Shown one piece after another: positions 54,816 to 64,000 of a stretch of 64,000 nucleotides of DNA (position 1 is its first letter; every line of letters begins with the position of its first letter). Where the stretch lies: positions 286,398 through 350,397 of the forward strand of contig NW_019217822.1 of the NCBI RefSeq assembly GCF_002571385.2, read 5' to 3'. The translations under genes were made by a program, and so were the position numbers. Origin of the DNA: Stylophora pistillata (Eukaryota). Under the pieces are notes generated by a model, which was not told the origin of the DNA, made no database searches, and was given only the letters and a program-made list of their open reading frames with translations.

Positions 54816-57048
54816 NNNNNNNNNNNNNCGTCGACGTCGTTTTCAAGCGGCAAGAGCCATCAATTGCCGTTGGCGAGTGTTGTACAATGCGTACAAATCA
54901 ATAAATTTTTGTACATTGAACAAATTAAACAGAGAGTGAAGAAATGTCGCTAATAAAAGTAGCACCAGCTTCATGTCTACAAAGTTTTATTTGGTGCTCT
55001 TTTCACGCGTGAAATATCAAGAGTGGACAGTCTGGTTTCAAATATCATTTATGTCGCACAAGTGCGACCTCCATGACTACCCTGGTGTAAATGTCGCGAC
55101 ATATTTGTAGGGCAACTTATAACACGACATAAAAGAAATAAAGCCAAAGTGCGACCCCTGCCTATGTTACACGTACTCATTTGATGGGAACAAAATGGTC
55201 TTGAAAAATCTTTCGTATCATCAAGAAAAGTTCAAAAATTTTGCGCTATTTTACACAGGTTTGATAGTCTATTTAAAACCACACGCACTACTAATAAACG
55301 TATTCCCTGTTCCATTTTGAAAATGCAATAATTACTCAGAAGGTTATTTGTCGTTTGAGAAACAATAACAACAGTATCTGATATGAAATCAGTACCTACG
55401 GTACATCCGGTATTAATTTGAAAATTAAAAAAATTAAATTAAAATAAAAAGATGCGTTTCATCTTTCAATTTGGGGCTGACAGTTTGGATACTACGAGAA
55501 AGGAAATTGTATCATTGTTGCTGTCGTGACCGGTTTCTTCAGTTGACATGCGGGTAAATTTCGTTTTGCAAAATTTGAAACTGCACGGTCTTCTCGTTGA
55601 CTCATTGCTTACCTTATAACATGAAGGTCATTCGTTTGCAGAACAAAAAAATCCGGAGAAATTTTCCCTCAAGTTACCTTGTATCCTTATGTGTAGTCTT
55701 TACGAGGACACATTGCACTCTCGTACATGTAAATGACCGTTTTTTATGCACTGCACTCAATTTTTAAAGCTCAATAAGCATTGTGAGTGTAACTCGTTTT
55801 GGTTATTGTTATGAGAGACAAAAGATGTGAAAAACCACCTCCAACTCCTTCTTTTGGAAACGATCCATTGTTTTAATTATCACCGCGGCATTTGACACGT
55901 CAAGCCAATTAGGCAAATGATTTTTTCCATAACAGGGGATTCTAATTGATTTGAGCTTTATTTCGCCGCGGCTTTCCTTTAGTCGTGAGATAACAAAATT
56001 TGTAATATTTTTTGGAAGATAATTAAAACATAAGGAAACACAAAATAAAGTTTCTTCTTTGTACCGAATAGCTTTTTGCTAAAAAAAATAAATACTGCAC
56101 ACAAGATGATTAACTCCCTGAGGCAGCTGTCTATTTCTGGAAACTGTTTGACTCCCTTTTAATATGGTACCGTCTGATCATGCAAGCAGTATTATGAACC
56201 GGTCGGTCATGGTGATATTAAGTTGCACATGAGGCCCTCAACTTTATGTTTTGTGCAAGTGCCGGTATATCCACCACTCATCGTTTCACGTCACAGGAAG
56301 AAAACCCTTCGTTATTGGTGACGCAATCGTACCGGTTTCATTAAACCTACATCAAATCCGGTGACATCCACTAAGATTAAGTACGTGTATCAGTTCACAC
56401 TATTTCGAACTCAGTTAGTTATCCTCCTCTGGACTTATCGTTGTAAACCTCTTTCACATCATGTGGTCGTGGAAACAATTCGGGAAAAGAAAGAATCTTA
56501 TTTCTTGGAAGGTGGCGATTAAAATTTTGGGTCACCACGGTAAACAACAATCAAATTTTTTTTTTTTTTAGCGCGGAAAACTTAGTAAAATACTACGTTG
56601 TATTGTAGAGGTATTATAAAAGGTTGTGACACCTACGGTTCGGTAAGGAATAAACGCACAAACTTTTAATTAGCGTCGAATGTAGGTAGTGAATTATGCC
56701 GTGTTGCATCATGGGAGCACTGCCTTATACGCATTGCGGCTACTTAAGACTACATCATCAAAGTGGTGGAACAATATTCTTTGTGACATTCTAAATATGT
56801 CATTGTGATAACAGGGATCATTGACAAAATCAACAAAGCAGTCTTCATTCTCATTGCAGTTCTAATTCATAATTCACTGTTTTCAATATCATTATCATAT
56901 CTTTTTTCTTGTTGCTCTTTTTATCACAAGCCTGAGGATAATGTGTAGAATACTGTTGACTGAGATCCGAAACCAACAGAGCATCACCTGCCATCACTTG
57001 AAATTACCTTTTTTTCACCAGTCAAGTCTTTCGACGACCAAGTTTAGG

Positions 57049-58940
57049 ACCACCAAAAATACAAGGATGTCAAATAAATCAGTAAATACAAAGATGATTT
57101 AAGGATCAGCTGCAGAATAGCATAGCTAACAAAGGAATGGCATTGCAAAATTATAGACAGTCTAGGCTTCCTTCATGAAACAGAACACCCTAAACATAAA
57201 AATTAGCCAAACGATAAACGGTCTAGTTGCCCATGTCAAGTTGGAACATGAAGTTGTGAAATGGACCAGCTAAATTGCGAATAGCCTAGCACTCATTTGC
57301 AATACAGTACACAAACGGAGTAGCGTTGCGTCAAATGACTCAGGGTAATATCGAGTAACACAGCGTACGCACAAACGGTGCAGCGTTGCATAAAATGGCT
57401 CAGCGTAATGTCGAATGGTACAGCGTACATACAAACAGGCTAGCTTTACATGAAAAGGCTCAGCATAATGTAGAATGGTACAGCGTACAAACAAATGGCG
57501 TAGCGTTGCATGAAATGGCTCAGCGTTATGTCGAATGGTACAGCATACATACAAACAGCGTAGCGTTGCGTGAAATGGCTCAGCGTAATGTCAAATGGTA
57601 CAGCATACACACAAATGGTGTAGCGTTGCGTGAAATGGCTCAGCGTAGAATGGTACAGCGTACATTCAAACAGTGTAGCGTTGCGTGAAATGGCTCAGTG
57701 TAATGTCGAATAGTACAGCATACACACAAATGTTGTAGCGTTACGTCGAATAGCTTTGCAGAACATCAGACACTCTAGCTGAACATTAAATTGCTTAGCA
57801 ATACATGAAATATTCCGATGTTGTGGCCAATCGTCGAGCTTGCTTGTGGCGTGACGTGAAGGCTATCTCGCGGAAACCACCAAAAATACAAACCGCAAAT
57901 GGAACAACGATCTCCTGGGGGGCATGACGTCATCGAATGTGAAGACTGGCGCGAAAGCATGACATCGGTGTGGTCGCTATATTTAAGTCTTCACTTCGTC
58001 TAGCCCTAAAGCAGAGGTAATTCGGTAAGTTTCTCCTCTTTGTTTTTCCCTGCCGATATTGCATTTATTCGTTGTCGGTTCATGAGAGCGTTAATTAAAA
58101 TAGCAACGAGACTGGATTCTACCACGGTTTGCCGGCCTCCAGGTTTACCATAGTTTGCACGCGTTGGTGAGCCTGAATGTTTACAGAATTAATTGACAAT
58201 TATTCGCCTCAAGCTCGTGAATATTGGTGAAAATTCCCCGAGACGAAGTCGAGAGGGAATTACAATTCACGTATATTCACGCAGTATCTCACTGTTACCA
58301 GAGATGTTCACTCCAACGCGTCAAGATGCAAATGACTCAATTTTTGTTTCACGACCATGATGCAACGCAATCAGAGTGCGCACACCGCCTGCATTCGACA
58401 TTACGCGGAGCCATTTCACACAACGCTACAATGTTTGTATGCACGCTGTACCATTCTTCATTACGCTGAGCCATTTCACGCAACGCTACACCATTTGTGT
58501 GTACGCTTTACCATTTGACTTTACGCTGAGCCATTTCACGCAACGCTACGCAGTTTGTATGTACGCTGTACCATTCGACATTACGCTGAGCCATTTCACG
58601 CAACGCTACACCGTTTGTGCGTACGCTGTGCTACTCGATATTACCCTGAGTCATTTGACGCAACGCTACACCGTTTGTGTACTGTATTGCAAATGAGTGC
58701 TAGGCTATTCGCAATTTAGCTGGTCCATTCACAATTTCATGTTCCAACTTTACATAGGCAACTAGATCGTTTATCAGTTGGCTAAACCATTTATGTTTAG
58801 GGTGTTCTATTTCATGAAGGAAACCTAGACTGTCTATAATTTTGCCATGCCATTCCTTTATTAGCTACGCTATCCTGCAGCTGATCCTTAAATCATCTTT
58901 ATATTTACTGATCTACTGACATCCTTGTATTTTTGGTGGT
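57049..58940. mobile_element. Foldback-type element: long inverted arms with internal 60-bp tandem arrays
   Basis: ACCACCAAAAATACAAGGATGTC (57049) is the reverse complement of the end at 58940; ~250 bp unique arm plus 60-bp repeats (about 7 copies 57300-57750; about 5 inverted copies 58390-58690); no clear TSD. Confidence 0.85.
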
Positions 58941-61900
58941 GACGGCCGCCCATACCAAATTAACGCTTGACTCTGTTATGAGAAGTAAATTCGTGTCTAA
59001 AAAAGAAGTTTGACACTGAGTAAATTTAGCCATATTACGGAGGGACGTGAAGAAACTTGTCGAGAAGAGAGATTTTGAAAGTCAACAGTATAACATTTAG
59101 AGACTTGACTCTTCTCTCCTTCCTCCACAATCGGACGCATTGGGTTTCATTAGTCTTTTCACAGATTGTTCTTTTAGAATTTAAGAAGCGACGCTAACCT
59201 CTGCCAGGTTAGCGATTGCTCACTGAGAGTATTTTGTGTATAAGAAAAACATTTTTGCTCTTTAGGCTATCGAAGGTCGCAAACGTAATTTGAAATAAAT
59301 CAGAACTTGAGAAAAGTCATGAAAAAAAGCGAGGTATTACAGATCGATTCTGGTATTAAACTATGTCTCCACATACCTTACAAACTGATACTGATTCTAA
59401 AGCGTAAATGTAGGCAGTTCCTTTAGGACATTTTGGTTCGGTAATAACTGACACCTAACTTGAATCAAATGATTTTTCTTCCTGTTTAGCAGACAACATG
59501 TCCTGGGAGATTTCGAATATAAATATATTATTTATGCCTTCTTGAAAAACGTCACGAATCGTCAGGAGGAAAGAATGTGAAAAGCCAAGCTTTTGCCTGG
59601 ATTTCTTGTTTATAGTTATTTGATTCTACTACAATTTCAGGAAAATTGCAATCAACGTTTCCGATGACTCCGTTTTAGTCATGATGAAAACTTGAGAAAG
59701 GTGCAAAATGGAAAATTGAAGTAAGTTGGCAAACAAACACTTCCGAAGATCGTGACATGCATAATAATGATGCCAAGTTTCCGTTTGCTTTTAAGTGGCA
59801 TGTTTAACTGTCAGCTAACTTAAACTATGAGTGGGTAATTAGGAGTCAGGATTCTACGGATTCAATTTTTCCGCGAAACTGAAAACAGGAAGTCCTCCGA
59901 GGTAACACTGATTAGCTCTATTAAAGTGCAGAATGACAAAACCTTCCCAGTACATGACATATCTAGCTCATTTCTAACTTTTAAAGTACACTCATAAGTA
60001 ACTGTCCGTTCCTCTACTATGTGATTGCTGACATAAATTATGCATGGTTTTCTGCGTTAGAAAACTAAATGTTGTCACATTTTAAACCGCTTCATTTTAG
60101 GTTTTTCATTTACCAAACTGACTCTTTCTATGGATAGCGTCATTCGGCATGTAGTGACACTTTCGTGAACAGTGAGAAAAAAAAATATTTGTGACATTAT
60201 TGAACAGCGATTATTTCTGTTCATCCAAATGTCTGAAGTGAAAAATAAACTTCCTGACATTTTCCATCAAATAATATTGATTGCATTGTCGCATATACAT
60301 AGGCAATACACATAAACAGGGTGAAGCAGAGTTGGAAAGGAAAAACTACCATGATGGCCTTGCTTAGACAAAAAAAAAGAGAAAGTTGATCAATTAATTT
60401 TGACTTCGGCAGCTTGTTGGCTTTAGCTTTAAGTAAATTTAAGCGACTTAAATTTAGCCCTTTCTCAAATTCTTCTCCACAACTGGTGGAAAGACATCAG
60501 ATAGCAACCGCTTTTAACCGTCCAAAAATTTTAGCGCATACAGAGAACAAGGAAATGCTTACCTCAAACAAAGGCTCTACAATTTAGGAAGAACTCGGTG
60601 ATTAGAAACGTTAAGCAGGAAATTGCGCTGATGAAGAAAATTTGCATAACTAACATGTTTTCAGACAGAAAAAAATAATTCCTTGCGTGCAGGTGAAAAT
60701 CCTACTACGGTCGATAGGAGGAGCGTAAAAATATCATTCATACATGAAATATTTCTTTTTGAAGGAAAACCGATGTTTTCGTATCTAGTGTCTCTGTTGG
60801 GCTTGCTGATATAGGTTCGACATAGAAAAGTAATCATTGCATTAATATTAGTCCGTGTTTCCTAAAGGAAAAAAAATACTCAAAGATGGTTTAATTAGCA
60901 AAGTGGATTTTCAAAGAACGTTAGGGCCCTTCAGCAAAACTGATGACAGGACGAGAAAGTTGTAAACATGTTTTACTCAGGTGGTTATGTTCGTTGTATA
61001 TAACATTACATAGTGGTTCCAAAATAAAATTAGCATATCGCCCCAGGTGGAGAGGGTTCAAAACGCGGGAAAGTTTAACAATCAAGCGATGTGTTAATTT
61101 TTTCTATCTGCGGTTATTTTTCTCTTAAAGGCTGTGACGAGAATGTTAAAGAATATGTGTTTCGTTAATGATATTTTCCATACACCAAACTTGACCTCCA
61201 TAAACATTGACTATATTTTTGTCGATGTTTTTGTTTTTGTTTTTCATGATTTTGCCAATACCCTTATCATCTTCTGCAAAAGGCAAGCGATTTCCATACA
61301 AAGATCTTAAAGCCAAGCAGGGGAAGTTTAAAAAAACTCGCAGTTTTCTTCCTCCTCTTAAATCGTATTCGTTACACGACGAGATCGGCATAAAATTCGT
61401 ATTTCATTTCCATTTTATTTCTGAGATGTCTATTATGAGTCTGAAAATCAACAGGAATTCTAATCGGGAATCGGCATGATTCAATTATAATGTATTCAAA
61501 GTTGCAGGTGTTTAAAACTAGCCATTTATGCATATACGATTTTATGACTTCCTTTATTGTTTTGGCTGGAATTGGAAAAAATGGAATTTCTTATCTAATG
61601 ATAAGTTTTACCAATGGACTCTTGTCAGGCTTGTGTTTATTATGCAAACCATCTGCCTAATTCGTGCCCGTTTACAATCAGCTTTTGAATTGCATGTTTG
61701 GCTTAAATTTTTTTGAGTCTAAATTCTTCGTTAAAGGTAACAGGAATCACATGTGAAGAGAGAAGTATAAATAACAGAAAGGTACTTTTAGTCGTCAAGA
61801 CAGTTTAAGAGGACAAAACAATGTTTAGTGGATTAGATGCGGTCGGTTGCACGCAACATTGAACTGTTAGAAATAGCTAAGTACAGTTAGATCTCGTTGT

Positions 61901-63145
61901 AAGCAGGTCACTTGCAATATTGAGAACTAAAATAATGGTCGATGTAGTTGATGATGTGTGTTAATCGTTTCACAGGAGACCTCAAAACATCGCAATGTAA
62001 CTCGCATCGTACCTAAACTTCCCGAGCACGTTTCAACTATCACATTAATTAAAAACAAGGGAAAGTGCAATTTCTCTTTCTCCAAATTCAACAAACAACT
62101 GAATACCCTTTATTCGAACGTATTGTATTAAAAAACCTGGGAGTTAAATCTTGTCATCATTCTTACCTTTACTAATGATCCATCAAAACTGTTTTAAAGC
62201 AAGTCAGGTTACCCTCGACATTGAAATCGCTAATGAAAGGATCGAAGCACTTGACAGAGCTAATTAAATCCCTAGTCAGCTTTTTAGAGACTGGATGTAT
62301 GAAATTTCTTTTCCCTGCCCAGCCTACCAGTCACTTTGTAGATAACGAGCACAAGATCTGAGCTCTGCGTGGAAAAGTAATCAGCGCTTTCCTTCTAAAA
62401 GGCGGTGCGTTACCATGGTTTTTGCGATTGCGATAAAGCTGGCGGCGTTTATCTCCCACCCATCTGCCTCTATTACAATAGAGGCAATGGTTATGGTGAA
62501 AGCATAAAAAATTATAAGGTCTAAAATTAGTTTATTCACACCATGTGGCTGACAATGAATCATGGGACTGAAATTGCATGAGGTTATTGCCATTTGAAAT
62601 ACATTTGCTCTGAAAAGATTTTCTTCATATATTTTTGCTATCGATTTAAATAGGATAGCTATTCTATCAACTAAATTATACGGCCTATTCCCTTCTTGGA
62701 CAACTAGCCAATTTAGCTGTTACGACTTTTGAAACGTGATATTTTCAGCGAGCAGGCGTATTTAATTTCATTGACTTGATGCGTTAAAAGGATCGTATCA
62801 GAAGTACTCTAAATTTGAATGTCAATACCAAGCAGAGGGCAAATAAACAATGAACTATATCCGCGAGTGAGCATAACAGAGCAGCAGTTCTTCAATAAAC
62901 AGCTATAGAAAATATGTTTTAATTTGGTTTGAAGGTCCTCATTGAGTTCATTAATTAGCAATAACGGAGACATTATTACTCATAGCTGAGACAATCCTCC
63001 TGGTTTTTTCTCCTTCCACCGAAAACCAACTTTTCAAATTCCTCTTCGATTCTTTAAAAATCAGTTGCCTGTAACTACCTCTTGCAGGAAGCGTTCTTTC
63101 GACTTGCGTTGAAAATTGAGGATTGCATTAATCAGATTCCCGTCA

Positions 63146-63179
<34 letters not shown>

Positions 63180-63185
63180 CATACA

Positions 63186-63215
<30 letters not shown>
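63146..63215. repeat. (ACAT)n microsatellite
   Basis: About 17 near-perfect ACAT units. Confidence 0.9.
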
Positions 63216-63216
<1 letters not shown>

Positions 63217-63324
63217 TAATAATAATAATAACAAAGTCTTTATTAAGCATTCTAAACAACAAACGTGTTTAGTTACAGATATGAACTGAGCAAGTATAAA
63301 ACTAATGAACTAATATGTATGACA

Positions 63325-64000
63325 TACATACATATATAAACTTTATTTACTTCGAATTTAAGAGTAGCAAATGTAAGCTAATATCTTCGAGTGATTAAAA
63401 TGAAGTAAAAGGAATAAGCTAAAAAGAATAAAGAATAAGAATAAGAATAAATTAATAATAATACATTAATGAGGATAAATATTTACATATTATTATTATT
63501 TAAATATTATTATACTACTAAATTCAGTATAGTTACACAAAGGAGTCATACTGAAGTATTTGGCGCCGAAAGTCTGGAAAAGTGGAAGTTCTAAAGTGAA
63601 AGTTCTCCGGGAGAGAGTTCCATAAGTTAGCAGCTAAGTAAGAGAAAGAGTGAAGGCCATATGTTGTAGTTTTAGGTTTTGGAAGGGACAAGATGTAATT
63701 ACCACGTAGGTTATAGGACGTAGATCTAAACGAAAACATATCATTTAAATATCCTGGATAGTTAGTAAAAAATTAACTCTTGTACAATATGATTAGAAAG
63801 TTCTGTAGGCGTCTGACTTGAAGAGATTTTAAGTTGACCTTATCCAGTAACGTATCATTTATACGAGGATTCATAATCATGAAAAAGAAACCTTAAAATC
63901 CGCCTGTTTAAGGCCTCCACTTTACCAGAATTGCGGGCGCCGCAAAAGTGCCACACAGGGGAGCAGTAATAAAAATGCGGCAGGATGAAGGTCTTATACA
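63325..64000 (-). mobile_element. LINE (CR1/L2-group) 3' end, degenerate
   Basis: Minus strand YKTFILPHFYYCSPVWHFCG...PGYLNDMFSFRSTSYNLRG...PKPKTTTYGLHSFSYLAANLWNSLP, typical of the ORF2 C-terminus, with stops; 3' AATAAA followed by an (ATGT)n tail. Confidence 0.85.

Noticed and set aside
57270-58696. Repeat-protein ORFs (57270-57554, 57386-57688, 58376-58696)
   Set aside because: Open only because the 60-bp unit is a multiple of three; present on both strands within transposon arms.
55600-62300. Upstream GPCR exons at donor-like sites (about 55678, 57007, 60562, 62166)
   Set aside because: No open frame resembling the expected VFT N-terminal sequence with the required phase.

Overview
Intron-rich, AT-rich animal genomic DNA with assembly gaps (6359-6403, 40961-41810, 54816-54828; single n at 10136, 31391, 35624). 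Repeat families and gene style suggest a stony coral, possibly Pocilloporidae (inference). Manual splicing with GT-AG and phase checks gives four complete conserved genes: GPN2 (-), a KIF25-type kinesin-14 (-), LANCL3 (+, head-to-head with KIF25) and LDLRAP1/ARH (+). It also gives 15 3' exons of a GABA-B-like class C GPCR (-) whose 5' exons were not found. At 1.4-9.4 kb lies an unrecognised head-to-head pair of paralogous helical-protein genes with identical 61- and 144-nt internal exons; one copy appears to be decaying. Other notable items: a 38-bp minisatellite that copies a KIF25 splice donor ten times, an alternative donor that would add an RSRR motif to the GPCR tail, Penelope-type hammerhead ribozymes, a 1.9-kb foldback element, and many nested non-autonomous transposons.
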